Assembly (NCBI GenBank): GCA_965216875.1
Contig: OZ244207.1
Coordinates: 8,192,001 to 8,256,000 of the forward strand
DNA length: 64,000 nucleotides
Source: Rubripirellula sp.
Lineage (GTDB): Bacteria; Planctomycetota; Planctomycetia; Pirellulales; Pirellulaceae
Reading direction: 5' to 3'
Made by a program: the position numbers and the translations under genes. Positions 52,201-61,383 of the stretch are shown piece by piece; within the stretch, counting starts at the first letter, position 1, and every line of letters begins with the position of its first letter. The notes beneath the pieces were generated by a model, which was given only the letters and a program-made list of their open reading frames with translations, was not told the origin of the DNA and ran no database searches.

Positions 52201-54308
52201 CAGAAAACGCCGTCAACCGTGCGTTGAACGTCTTGGACAACGACGTTCCAAGTACCTCCGGTGGCCTTTCGATCATCAGCGTGACGCCCGGCAGTGCGGG
52301 AGGCACCATCCGCATCATCGGTGGTGGCCAATCGCTTCGATACACACCACTGCCAGGCTTCAACGGTACTGAGCAATTCACCTACGCCGTTCAGGATTCG
52401 GCTGGTTTGACGAGCACGGCTCAAGTGACCGTCAACCTGTTGCCTGGCACGCGAAACGACGACGTTGTTGATTTCGACGTCTCGGTTCTCAGCCCATTGA
52501 ACACCAATCAAGAATTGGACAACGTTCAAGTTGGCGACAAGTTCCTTGTTCGGATCACGGTCGACCACATCGAAGCATTCGCCAACCCACGTGGCGTTGC
52601 CTCGGCATTCCTTGACCTGCTTTACAGCGATCAACTGGTTGGTGTTTCGACCACGGGTCAAAACGTCAACTTCCCATTCGACATCGCCTTCGGTGACCAA
52701 TTCTCTGGTGCTGGCACACTGCAAAGTGGTAACGCCGACATCCCAGGTTTGATCGACGAGGTCGGTGGTATCCAGTCGATCAACGCAAGCATTGGCGACA
52801 AGGCTCATGACGAACCGATCGTCTTGTTCGACCTGATGATGGAAGCACTCAGCCCGGGTGTTGCTGTCTTCTCGGCTGACCCCGCCGATAGCAACATCAG
52901 CGAAACGACCACGCTCGGATCGGACACGGCATTGCCAGTGAACGCCCTGCGACTGGGGTCGACTGAGCTGTTGATCGTGCCACGAACCGATAACTTCGCC
53001 TCAGCGATCGATGATTCCTTCGCCGACGGAAACGATTCCAACGGTAACCCATTCTCAAGTGGCGTTGCTTCGACCCTCGATGTTCTCGAAAACGACATTC
53101 TTGGTCCAACTGGCATCGTCCGCGAGTTTGGCTTGGTGACGAACCCATCGAAGGGCTCGGTAACCATCAACACCAACGGCACGACGACGCTGAACGATGA
53201 CACGTTCACCTACACGCCAGGCTTGAACCAAAGCGGACTCGATTCCTTCACCTACGTGCTTGTCACGGATGATGGAATCCGCAGCACCGCGGAAGTGACC
53301 ATTCCACTTGGTGGTGGTGTCGCTCAGGATGTTGAAATCAGCTACCGATTGGTTGACGAAAGTGGCAACCCGATCCCAAGCAACACCGTCAACGTTGGAC
53401 AACGCTTCGGCGTCGAAGTGGTGCTGGAAGATACCCGCTTCAATCCAAGCTTTGTCTTCGCCGCCTTCCACGACTTGACCTACACCTCGAGCGTGATTTC
53501 GACCACCGACACGGTTTCAACCGATGGGTTTGACTTCGATGTCGACATTGAAAACGGGTACAGCGAAAACGCAGCGGTTGGCACCAACGCACGCGTTGGC
53601 CTGATCGACGAGTTTGGAACCCTGTTCTCGCAGGCGACGTTCCCAAGTAGCGATGTCAGCCACTTGAACCCAATCACGATGGCGACCATCTTCTTCGAAG
53701 CGACCACAACGGGTACGGCTCGCATCGTTGGTGGCCCAGCCGATACGTTCCCAGCACACGAAACGTTGCTGCTGCGTGAAGACGATCCTGTGGCAATCGA
53801 GAACATCAAGTACAACGTTCTTGAGATCAACGTCGAGGGTGCACTTGGACCACAGCAGAACCTTGCCTTGCCGCAAGACGTGAATGCTGACGGTGAAGTC
53901 ACGCCACGTGACGCCTTGATCGTTATCAACGCCATGGAACGTCAATCGAACTTGTTCCAAGGCGACTCGCCAGGTGCTCCGCTTGCCAGCGAGTTCTACA
54001 CGGACGTCAATGGCGACACCCGCTTGTCGGCTCTGGACGCGTTGCAAGTGATCAATTACTTGGCGATTCAGTCCAACCTGCAAACCGTTCAAGCGGAGCA
54101 GGTTGAGACGGGTACCGATCTTGGTTCGTCGTCCAACGCGGATGCAGCCTTCGCGATCCTCAACGATTCGGACCTGGTCGTCGACGCTTCGGCCCCATCG
54201 TCTGACGCGGTGGTCGAGTCGAGCACCGGCAGCGATGCTGGAGACGACGATGAAGACGATGACGTCCTCGCACTGTTGGCAAATGATGTTGCCGACGCTT
54301 GGAACTAG
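49251..54308 (+). CDS. Giant secreted protein: Planc_extracel leader, metzincin-like HExxHxxGxxH domain, SdrD-B-like repeats, GEVED, Ig/cadherin-like repeats, cohesin-like domains, dockerin
   Basis: MEDLEARRLLA; HEAAHSFGMRH; FNDSNSDG..; DFGDAP..GEVEDY; GFTGRDAFTY; DVNADGEVTPRDAL / DVNGDTRLSALDAL. Confidence 0.85.
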   Translation: MFKRNESKPESSRRRDRKDRVNKKRRLLMEDLEARRLLATLNLPTYDGPRNVGTVQATQFLESETILEVGRNDAFANADVVPLGTGPGQDNTIDVIGTLPFQQTTQFPPRFTVDLDTYAVDLRAGDILDISAQGAAGEYSVFFEDGTLWFGVNDNQAIGAYPVDSPLQDFGNAVFAQTVPRDGRYFITVSPFDTSNTYTLGLRAYRPSIESAPIGTRQIIFVDFDGGTYPRAIFNDFAPTPGIIRLPSLRESLPLLGIQAVDDASFNRLIDLTMAETERMFNHLGISGTNGDFNSTGNPGDFGVTILNSRDHADPGLNNPLVTRVIIGGTVADSEIATIGISSTLDVGNFSMDDIVIGLLDGVLGVVGGVPLAPTASIIDQMGDFLAFLVAHEAAHSFGMRHTASAMSPAPFPDNEITNIIDEGPGADFGQVIGAGPDGIFGTIDDVDVNFVEDRFSYREGLVGQNHTDDSLSQTLATGTRGGGITGFVFNDSNSDGRSDNDDGIAGVSVFADINGNGVRDSDEPFSVTAEGGIYTLIATPGDYNIVVNVPPNVTPTTPSIVPVSVSDNQQSSVVVDFGLTSILGGTTGFAFSDNNGNGTREAGEVGVAGIYHYIDLDRDNRPDLGEPSAVSGADGSYNIDFPGAGNYTVRQVVPPGFTQTSPVSGEHTFQFDGVSLTQNYNFGLLPSRDFGDAPDTYGTTIAADGASHGITDGLYIGLVDPDRDSDGQPSDDARGDDDNGRILQTGAIEDDEDGVFQVDPLGPGARAEFRITVTNTSGSPGYLQGFMDFNDDGDFEDAGEQFLTDIFIPVGTQDRVLDASDGIFVDVPADAATGSVYARFRLAQESGLGPKGSTDTGEVEDYRFTVLDEASIVVDDNFSVSRNSLANRLDILGNDFQTDDFELFINATSQPIGEVVIAQDEGSIFYTPPNGFTGRDAFTYSVKDASGNVILDDNNQPLEALVIVNVNFQSAVPIALDDSFEVPENAVNRALNVLDNDVPSTSGGLSIISVTPGSAGGTIRIIGGGQSLRYTPLPGFNGTEQFTYAVQDSAGLTSTAQVTVNLLPGTRNDDVVDFDVSVLSPLNTNQELDNVQVGDKFLVRITVDHIEAFANPRGVASAFLDLLYSDQLVGVSTTGQNVNFPFDIAFGDQFSGAGTLQSGNADIPGLIDEVGGIQSINASIGDKAHDEPIVLFDLMMEALSPGVAVFSADPADSNISETTTLGSDTALPVNALRLGSTELLIVPRTDNFASAIDDSFADGNDSNGNPFSSGVASTLDVLENDILGPTGIVREFGLVTNPSKGSVTINTNGTTTLNDDTFTYTPGLNQSGLDSFTYVLVTDDGIRSTAEVTIPLGGGVAQDVEISYRLVDESGNPIPSNTVNVGQRFGVEVVLEDTRFNPSFVFAAFHDLTYTSSVISTTDTVSTDGFDFDVDIENGYSENAAVGTNARVGLIDEFGTLFSQATFPSSDVSHLNPITMATIFFEATTTGTARIVGGPADTFPAHETLLLREDDPVAIENIKYNVLEINVEGALGPQQNLALPQDVNADGEVTPRDALIVINAMERQSNLFQGDSPGAPLASEFYTDVNGDTRLSALDALQVINYLAIQSNLQTVQAEQVETGTDLGSSSNADAAFAILNDSDLVVDASAPSSDAVVESSTGSDAGDDDEDDDVLALLANDVADAWN

Positions 54309-54339
54309 TCTCCCGTTCACTGAGAACCCGATTTCCCAC

Positions 54340-54374
54340 AAAACACCGATGGCAATTGTCATCGGTGTTTTTTT
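54340..54374 (+). terminator. Rho-independent terminator
   Basis: AAAACACCGATG-GCAATTGT-CATCGGTGTTTT followed by further Ts. Confidence 0.8.
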
Positions 54375-54425
54375 GTTGGGGTGGTGACTTGGTTTGTCGA
54401 CCCAAATCTCGGGCCGAAAAGTGTG

Positions 54426-54452
54426 AAGATTCCGGCTAAAGCTCGGTACTAC
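54426..54452 (-). repeat. GTAGTACC-type REP copy
   Basis: Exact reverse complement of GTAGTACCGAGCTTTAGCCGGAATCTT. Confidence 0.85.
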
Positions 54453-54518
54453 AGACGTGAGTGGCAGGTGAGCGGCAAGGCGATGGCCGCCGGGGCATCG
54501 ATCGCAGCGGGGTTTATC

Positions 54519-54590
54519 GAGCACGAGCACCGCTTTGCTGAGCACGAGAACGAGAACGAGAACGGGCACGAGCACGAGAACGAGAACGGG
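54519..54590 (+). repeat. GAG(C/A)AC hexamer tandem repeat
   Basis: GAGCAC GAGCAC cgctttgct GAGCAC GAGAAC GAGAAC GAGAAC GGGCAC GAGCAC GAGAAC GAGAAC. Confidence 0.85.
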
Positions 54591-54737
54591 TTGATGCGTT
54601 AACGCTCTGTGCTCCCCGTGCCCTCTGTGGCTTTCCCCGTGAGTCTTGCAAGGCCCGGCAGTCGGACGCGGCACATTCTCCGCTAAGATGAACCGGAGGA
54701 TGATCCGCTGTGTCTATCAGGAAGCTGGCTTTCGCCA

Positions 54738-55199
54738 ATGAAGTACACCTTTGAATTCGAGATTGAAGCCCCCTGTGATTTTGTGGTCAAGCTGCACTCC
54801 GATCGCCAGACGCTCAAGGATTGGCAGCCTGAGTTGACCGAGGTCATTGCCGATGACGACGAGCGGCGTGAGGGAGGTGAGTGCACGCTGATCTACCACC
54901 TTAACGGGCGACGCGTTGAGATTCGGGAGCGAGTGGTTCGCTACGATCCGCCCCACGAGTTATCGGCGGTCTACCACACGCAAGGCATGCAGAACCATGT
55001 TGTCAATCGGTTTGCTGAGATCAATCCAGATGTCACCTACTGGCAGCACGATTGCCGCTGGGAGTTTCCGGGGTTCCTGCTGAAGATCGTCGGCTGGTTC
55101 GCACCTCAAGCTTTTCGCAATCAGTCTTGGCGCTACTGCAATCTATTCAAGGCTTACGTCGAACGGGCCTATCGCGAGCACGCGGATGATGGTGGATGA
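54738..55199 (+). CDS. SRPBCC (START-like) family protein
   Basis: IEIEAP..V..WQP, VRYDPP, C-terminal FKAYVE helix. Confidence 0.75.
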   Translation: MKYTFEFEIEAPCDFVVKLHSDRQTLKDWQPELTEVIADDDERREGGECTLIYHLNGRRVEIRERVVRYDPPHELSAVYHTQGMQNHVVNRFAEINPDVTYWQHDCRWEFPGFLLKIVGWFAPQAFRNQSWRYCNLFKAYVERAYREHADDGG

Positions 55200-55885
55200 A
55201 CTCGGGGCATCCGGTCGACGACCGCCAGCGGGCTCTGTGGATGGCGCTGGACGAATGCCAAGACGCCGAGCAGCGGAGCCAATGTCTTGGGATACTGGCA
55301 GACCACTACGACGATCTTGGTGACAGTCGCGCGGCCGAGTACCTGCGGTTGCGACTCTCCGGAAGCCAGGGCGGCTCAGGCTACCTCGACAATGTGCGGC
55401 TCCGTGCGCTCTTGAACGAGTTGGACAAGCGGTCCTTGCGATTGTTCGCATGCGACTGCGTGGATCAAGTCGACGCAGCCGTCGACGATGAATTGACGGC
55501 CGCGACGTTGCGGATTGTCCGGCGACATGCGTTCGGATTGGTGAGCGACCAAACGCTTCACCGTGCACAAGAATTGACCTACGAGCGTTGGGAAGGTGCC
55601 GCCAATGGTGTCGACTACGAGGCTGGCCTCTCCAAACGCGCGCGGCTTTGGGCGTTGACCCGCGCGACGGGACTGGTTTCACGCCGCCGCAGGACGTCCA
55701 ATCCAGTGGCGGATGCGTTCTACACGGCAAACGGCGCCGCTGCAGGGCACCTTGTTGCCGTTCCGAATGTCAAACAGCGACGCGAGGACCAGATTGTCCT
55801 GGCACGCGAATACGTTTTGCTTGGCCGGTCGTACGATGCATGCGCCGATATCATCGAAATCAATCGCGAGCTGCTCAAGCGTTAA
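55196..55885 (+). CDS. Hypothetical protein with TIGR02996-like N-terminus
   Basis: ILADHYDDLGDSRAAEYLRL; RLFACDC; ATGA overlap with the SRPBCC gene. Confidence 0.5.
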   Translation: MNSGHPVDDRQRALWMALDECQDAEQRSQCLGILADHYDDLGDSRAAEYLRLRLSGSQGGSGYLDNVRLRALLNELDKRSLRLFACDCVDQVDAAVDDELTAATLRIVRRHAFGLVSDQTLHRAQELTYERWEGAANGVDYEAGLSKRARLWALTRATGLVSRRRRTSNPVADAFYTANGAAAGHLVAVPNVKQRREDQIVLAREYVLLGRSYDACADIIEINRELLKR

Positions 55886-55890
55886 CGCGA

Positions 55891-56892
55891 TCACATTTGC
55901 ATTTCGCAAATTTTGATCGCGTCGGCTGCGTTGTTAGCATCGAGAATGGGTGAAAGCGTTCCGTCGTCGACACACGCGGCGGCAGCATCGATTTCGGCGA
56001 TGAAGGAAGCAACGGGATCACCATCCCCGCAATCTGGTTTCTCAATCGAACCGTCATTGTGAAAGATCGTGACAGGGATCAAGGAAGTCGAGCCATCGGC
56101 GTAGGCTGCAAAGTCAAACTGCACGGTCGCCTTTTCGAAGGAGACCTCGTAGCCATGGGTGAATGGTCGGGCACCAGAATCGATCACACCGCCGGCGGCC
56201 GACACGATCAGGTCAGGATCGTCGAAGCGAAAAATCGTTTCGTAGTACATCGGCACACCCTCTTTCTTGCGACTGACCGAGTCGACTGAGTTTGGCATTC
56301 CAAACAAGAGTCGAATCAGGTGGGCGTCGTGCACGTGAAGATCGATCAGTGGGCCACCAACGGTGTCGCGGTTGTAAAAGTCGGGGATCCAATCGGGCGG
56401 GCCAATCGTTCGCTTGAAACGCCCCGAGATGACCTTGCCCCACCGTCCGTCTGCGTTTGCTTGGGCAAGCAACGAGAACTCAGGCATCAGTGGCAAGATG
56501 TGGGCCACCATCAGTTGTCCCGGTTCGGCTTCGGCGGCGAGGGCGGCGGCCGTTTCGCCATCGAGCGCAAGCGGCTTTTCGCAGAGTACTTTTTTGCCGG
56601 CCGCAAAACAGGCTCGAATCGCATCGGCATGCAACGCAGGTGGCAAACAAATGTCGATCAAATCGATCGAATCGTCGGCCAGCATTTCGTCAAGGGTTTC
56701 GTAGACGTTGAGCCCGGCGACATCGATCTGTTCGCCCGGAGGTCCGAAATTTCCGCGAATTTCTCGCCAGTCACCGGCACGTTTCTTGGGATCACGGCTG
56801 CAGAACGACACCAACTCGGCTTTCTCGCTTCGCTGGTATGCGAGATAGTGAATCCAGCTCATGAAGCCAACGCCTACAATCCCGGCTCGCAT
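55891..56892 (-). CDS. Gfo/Idh/MocA oxidoreductase
   Basis: GIVGVGFM, VLCEKP, GGPLIDLHVHD; start moved to the ATG at 56892. Confidence 0.9.
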   Translation of the reverse strand: MRAGIVGVGFMSWIHYLAYQRSEKAELVSFCSRDPKKRAGDWREIRGNFGPPGEQIDVAGLNVYETLDEMLADDSIDLIDICLPPALHADAIRACFAAGKKVLCEKPLALDGETAAALAAEAEPGQLMVAHILPLMPEFSLLAQANADGRWGKVISGRFKRTIGPPDWIPDFYNRDTVGGPLIDLHVHDAHLIRLLFGMPNSVDSVSRKKEGVPMYYETIFRFDDPDLIVSAAGGVIDSGARPFTHGYEVSFEKATVQFDFAAYADGSTSLIPVTIFHNDGSIEKPDCGDGDPVASFIAEIDAAAACVDDGTLSPILDANNAADAIKICEMQM

Positions 56893-57051
56893 TCGACCCT
56901 CCGCCCTTTTCGCTAAACGCGTGTTTTGTGTGCAACGACGTCGGGTATGATCGTCGATCGGCGGCGGGTAAGAAAGACGGCACCAAAGAAAACGTCTGCC
57001 AGCCGCGACAACGATTGGGGCCACGAACGACACACAACACTGCGATTCATC

Positions 57052-58356
57052 ATGCTCCCTGAATACCTCGTCCGCTCGAAAGTCCCGATGGGGCTGTTCT
57101 TTTGCATTGTCGCCAGCGTGATTGCGATCCCAGCCCTTGCCGACTGGCCAAATTGGCGTGGGCCCAACGGCGACAACCACGCCAGCGATCAGACCATCGC
57201 GCCGCTACGTTGGGACCTCGATTCGGGATTGAACGTTATTTGGAAGACGCCTTTGCCGGGGCGTGGCCATTCGACCCCCGTCGTGATCGAGGACATGGTT
57301 TTCTTGACGACCAGTGACACCGAAAAGCAAACCCAGTCGCTGCTGAAGTTCAATCGAACCAATGGAAGGTTGGTCGATCAGTGGGTCCTTCATCGCGGCA
57401 CCTTGCCCGAACGCATTCACTACAACAATTCACATGCTTCGCCGACTCCTGCCTACGACGGCGAAAAACTTTTCGTCGTCTTTCACACAGCGGATGCGAT
57501 TTGGTTGACGGCCGTGACGACGAGCGGTCGCGAAGTGTGGAAGAAAAAGGTATGCGACTTCAAACCATCGGCGTTTCAATTCGGTTACGGCGCAAGCCCT
57601 TTGATTGAAGACGACCTTGTGATCGTTGCGGGCGAATACGACGGCGCGGCGAGTGGGCTGTACGCTCTCGACCGCAGCACCGGTAAACCGGTTTGGAACG
57701 TGCCGCGTCCCGAGAACCTTAACTTTGCTTCTCCGATCGCGGCCACGATCGCGGGGCAGCGTCAGTTGCTATTGGCGGGTGCGGACACCGTCAACGCGTA
57801 TGACCCAACCACGGGGCGCAAGCTCTGGAGTGTTCGCGCTGCGACCGAAGCGATGTGTGGCACCGCGGTCTGGGATGACCGTCGCGTTTTTGTCAGTGGC
57901 GGTAATCCGGTTGCTGGTACATGGTGCGTCGCGGCCGATGGCTCGGAGCAACTCCTTTGGGAAAAGCGGGTGATGTGCTACGAGCAATCGTTGCTGGCCT
58001 TCGACGGCTTCGTCTATGCGATTGCCGATAACGGTGTCGCCTACTGCTGGCGAGGTCACGATGGTGTGGAAATGTGGAGCAAGCGTCTTTTCGGTGGTCG
58101 CGTCAGCGCGTCGCCGCTGCTGGTCGGTAAGCGGCTTTACATTGCTAGTGAATCGGGAACGGTGTTTGTGGTTGCCGCCTCGCCCGATCGGTTCGACTTG
58201 ATTGCGGAAAACCCCTCGGGGGATTCGGTATTTGCGACTCCCGTTGCAGTGGATGACCGCCTTTATCTGCGTACAGGGGTGGGGAAAGGAGCACAGAGGC
58301 AGGAGTTCCTCGTATCGATCGGTCAGGTGAACGACCGTAGCGGGAACACCGATTGA
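57052..58356 (+). CDS. PQQ-binding-like beta-propeller protein (BamB-like)
   Basis: ADWPNWRGPNG, repeated SP/TP..W blades; start uncertain (57052 or 57088). Confidence 0.88.
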   Translation: MLPEYLVRSKVPMGLFFCIVASVIAIPALADWPNWRGPNGDNHASDQTIAPLRWDLDSGLNVIWKTPLPGRGHSTPVVIEDMVFLTTSDTEKQTQSLLKFNRTNGRLVDQWVLHRGTLPERIHYNNSHASPTPAYDGEKLFVVFHTADAIWLTAVTTSGREVWKKKVCDFKPSAFQFGYGASPLIEDDLVIVAGEYDGAASGLYALDRSTGKPVWNVPRPENLNFASPIAATIAGQRQLLLAGADTVNAYDPTTGRKLWSVRAATEAMCGTAVWDDRRVFVSGGNPVAGTWCVAADGSEQLLWEKRVMCYEQSLLAFDGFVYAIADNGVAYCWRGHDGVEMWSKRLFGGRVSASPLLVGKRLYIASESGTVFVVAASPDRFDLIAENPSGDSVFATPVAVDDRLYLRTGVGKGAQRQEFLVSIGQVNDRSGNTD

Positions 58357-58447
58357 CTTGGGCCGGACGCTCCAAGAGATTGGGCAATTCTCCAAAGAAG
58401 AGATTTGCCTCTCGGCTGCCCCAATTGCCCTCGTCGCAGGACGGTTC

Positions 58448-60079
58448 ATGCTCGTTCGAATTGCTTGTCTTATCTTGACGCTGTTGCTCGGTTCATCGGT
58501 TGCTCTGCGAGCAGCGGACCCGGTTCACGATCCGATTCGTGCCATGCAAAGCTTGGGGCATCAGAGCGGTAAGTCGTCTGGTGTGCACTGGGGAACGAGC
58601 AAGAAGAAATACAGCTCGTGGACCGACCATAGCAACCGATTGGTTCCGATGTACACGTTCGGAATCAATCTCGATTCACTGCGCGACGAAGGCAGTGTTT
58701 ACAGCGACCCAAAGCGTCTGCAAAAGCTGTACGGGCACGTTCCCGAGGGAACGGTCAATCCGACAGCGGTCTACTACGACCAAACCGATATCTACCGCTT
58801 GCAGATGGCCGCGGTGGAGGCTGGTTATAGCAACATCATCTTGATGGTCTTTGACGGCATGGATTGGCAGACCACTCGGGCTGCAGCGCTCTACAACAAA
58901 GGCAAGAACTACCAGAGCGGTCGTGGCACCGGCCTTTCCTTTCTTGACGAACGGCGCACCTACACTGATTTCGGTTTAGTCGTGACGAGTCCGCGATCGG
59001 ACACACCGAAGTTAGACGTTGATGCACAGATGGTGCTTGATCCGCCGGCTTTGACAGGAGGCTACGACTTCCTCCGTGGTGGCGAGGCTCCATGGCATGA
59101 ACGTGTGGACCACAAGTATTTGATCGGCGAAGACCGCGAGCGACCGCACACCGTAACCGACTCGGCTGCGTCGGGGACAAGTTTGACCACCGGTATCAAG
59201 ACTTACCGCGGCGCAATCAACGTCTCGCTTGATGGCCGCCACGTCATTCCGATTGCGCGTCAATTGCAAGACGAACAGGAGTTTCGGGTTGGCATCGTCA
59301 CCAGTGTTCCAGTCAGTCACGCCACCACCGCGTCAGGTTACGCAAACAATGTCTTGCGAAAAGACTATCAAGACATTTCACGTGACATGCTGGGCTTGCC
59401 TTCGTCATCGCATCGCAGCAACCCACTTGCGGGTGTCGATGTTTTGATTGGAGGTGGCTGGGGCGAACATGCCGACAAGGATGAACTACAAGGCAACAAC
59501 TTCCAGCCTGGCAACAAGTACCTGCATAAGAACGACATTGCTCGAGTCGACGCGAACACGGGCGGCGACTATGTCGTTGTGCAACGAAAGTCAGGTCGGT
59601 CGGGAAAAGAGCGTTTGCTTGCTGCAGCCCAGAAGGCAGCCGATGAAGACTACCGACTACTCGGGTTCTTTGGCGCTGACGGAGGTCATCTTCCCTATCG
59701 AACCGCGAACGGCGATTACCTGCCCGCAGAGGATGGTGCTGGGCAAGAGGGCTATACCGAAGCCGACGTGATCGAGAATCCAACACTTGCCGAAATGACC
59801 CAGGCGGCATTGTTGGTGCTCGAGCAGTCGATCGAGGGCTTTTGGTTGATGGTCGAGGCAGGAGATGTTGATTGGGCAAACCATGCCAACAACATCGACA
59901 ACAGCATTGGAGCTGTGCTCAGCGGCGACGAAGCGTTTCGCGTGGTGATGGATTGGATCGACGAAAACAACGCGTGGGGATACACCGCTGTCATCGTGAC
60001 GGCCGACCACGGGCACTTCTTGGTGATCGATGACGCCGACAAAATCATCGAATCGGGGGCCGCGGATCGCCGCAAATAG
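58448..60079 (+). CDS. Alkaline phosphatase (apparently circularly permuted)
   Basis: Signal peptide; NIILMVFDGM, TDSAASGT, HAT, VEAGDVDWANH, VTADHGH. Confidence 0.88.
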   Translation: MLVRIACLILTLLLGSSVALRAADPVHDPIRAMQSLGHQSGKSSGVHWGTSKKKYSSWTDHSNRLVPMYTFGINLDSLRDEGSVYSDPKRLQKLYGHVPEGTVNPTAVYYDQTDIYRLQMAAVEAGYSNIILMVFDGMDWQTTRAAALYNKGKNYQSGRGTGLSFLDERRTYTDFGLVVTSPRSDTPKLDVDAQMVLDPPALTGGYDFLRGGEAPWHERVDHKYLIGEDRERPHTVTDSAASGTSLTTGIKTYRGAINVSLDGRHVIPIARQLQDEQEFRVGIVTSVPVSHATTASGYANNVLRKDYQDISRDMLGLPSSSHRSNPLAGVDVLIGGGWGEHADKDELQGNNFQPGNKYLHKNDIARVDANTGGDYVVVQRKSGRSGKERLLAAAQKAADEDYRLLGFFGADGGHLPYRTANGDYLPAEDGAGQEGYTEADVIENPTLAEMTQAALLVLEQSIEGFWLMVEAGDVDWANHANNIDNSIGAVLSGDEAFRVVMDWIDENNAWGYTAVIVTADHGHFLVIDDADKIIESGAADRRK

Positions 60080-60347
60080 GTGATGCCCCTCGAAAACTCG
60101 ACAAGCATTGCTGGCCAATGGTGCGACCAAACGTTACGCTAGAACGGTCGTCGCACACCGGCGGTCGGGAGTTGCTTCACCGAAGAGTAACCCATGTGCC
60201 CGATCGCCGGCGTGTGACAGGTATCTGATCAAGATTTGTCACCGCGACTCTTACCACACCAAACAACCTGGGGGACGCTATTATGCGCCGCAGGTCTGTC
60301 GTGTGATGGGTTGGTGACTTGTCGAACCATTACCCACCAACCACACC

Positions 60348-61160
60348 GTGAACTCTTCCGAGTTGCCTCCTCCAGGCCACGCAGACGCAACCGAAATCCG
60401 ACTTGTCGACGATGTTGACGCCGGTGATCAAGCCGCCAAGCTGATTCGCTGCCAGCAGATCATCGACTACGAATTCAAAGACGATGCTCTGTTGCTTGCT
60501 GCTTTGACCCATGCCTCGGGCGCTTCGCACCGCTTGGCGAGTAACGAACGTCTCGAGTTCCTTGGCGACGCCGTGCTCGGCCTCGTCGTCTGCAAATGGC
60601 TCTACGAAGAGTATCCCGAGTACAACGAAGGTGATTTGACCAAGATCAAGTCGTCGGTTGTTAGCCGTCGCTCATGCGGCAAGGTTGCCTGCCAACTTGG
60701 GCTGGATGCCTGTCTGATCGTCGGTCGCGGAGTGACTCGCAATCGCAGCTTCCCAAGGTCGCTTGTCAGCGATGTGTTTGAGTCCGTTGTCGCGGCGATG
60801 TACCTCGACAGTGGCTCGGAGTTGGTGACCGACCGCATCAAACGCTGGCTCGCCGCCGAAGTTCGGTTGGCGGTCGAGAGTCAGGGGGCGGGCAACTACA
60901 AGTCGTCGCTGCAACAATATGCCCAACGTGAACTGGCAAATACGCCGATCTACCGACTCGTTCGCGAGCAAGGGCCGGACCATCGAAAGTCCTTTTTGAT
61001 CGCGGCGGTCATTGGCGACCGTCACTTTGCGCCGGCTTGGGGCAGTAACAAGAAAGATGCCGAACAGCGGGCTGCGTCCAATGCGTTGGCCGAGCTTCAT
61101 GAAGAACCGCTGCCCTATCCCGAGCAGCCCGAAACCGATCCGGACCCCGACGCAGAGTAG
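60348..61160 (+). CDS. rnc: Ribonuclease III
   Basis: ALTHAS, NERLEFLGDAVL, DVFES, dsRBD KSSLQQ..GPDH..KKDAEQRAA. Confidence 0.97.
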   Translation: MNSSELPPPGHADATEIRLVDDVDAGDQAAKLIRCQQIIDYEFKDDALLLAALTHASGASHRLASNERLEFLGDAVLGLVVCKWLYEEYPEYNEGDLTKIKSSVVSRRSCGKVACQLGLDACLIVGRGVTRNRSFPRSLVSDVFESVVAAMYLDSGSELVTDRIKRWLAAEVRLAVESQGAGNYKSSLQQYAQRELANTPIYRLVREQGPDHRKSFLIAAVIGDRHFAPAWGSNKKDAEQRAASNALAELHEEPLPYPEQPETDPDPDAE

Positions 61161-61179
61161 GGTCCGTTCACCGGACTTG

Positions 61180-61263
61180 GTTCAAAGGACGCCCCGCATC
61201 GTTCAAAGGACGCCCCGCATCGTTCAAAGGACGCCCCGCATCGTTCAAAGGACGCCCCGTGTC
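61180..61263 (+). repeat. 21-bp tandem repeat x4
   Basis: GTTCAAAGGACGCCCCGCATC three times exact, plus a fourth copy with 2 mismatches. Confidence 0.95.
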
Positions 61264-61383
61264 TTGGAAAGGCAGCCGGGTGAATCGTAGCTGCCTTTGC
61301 CTCGAGATGGTCTGCGAGAGTCATCGCGGTACGCCGCGTTGGTGCGGCGTCGCGACGGATTGGTTTCACGCAGTGATTGCGAA

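Noticed and set aside
53517..54674. 385-aa minus-strand ORF with a VLVLVL stretch
   Set aside because: Antisense shadow of the giant gene; the hydrophobic run is just the translated hexamer repeat
61180..61263. CRISPR or iteron origin
   Set aside because: No spacers, no Rep gene and no adjacent AT-rich region
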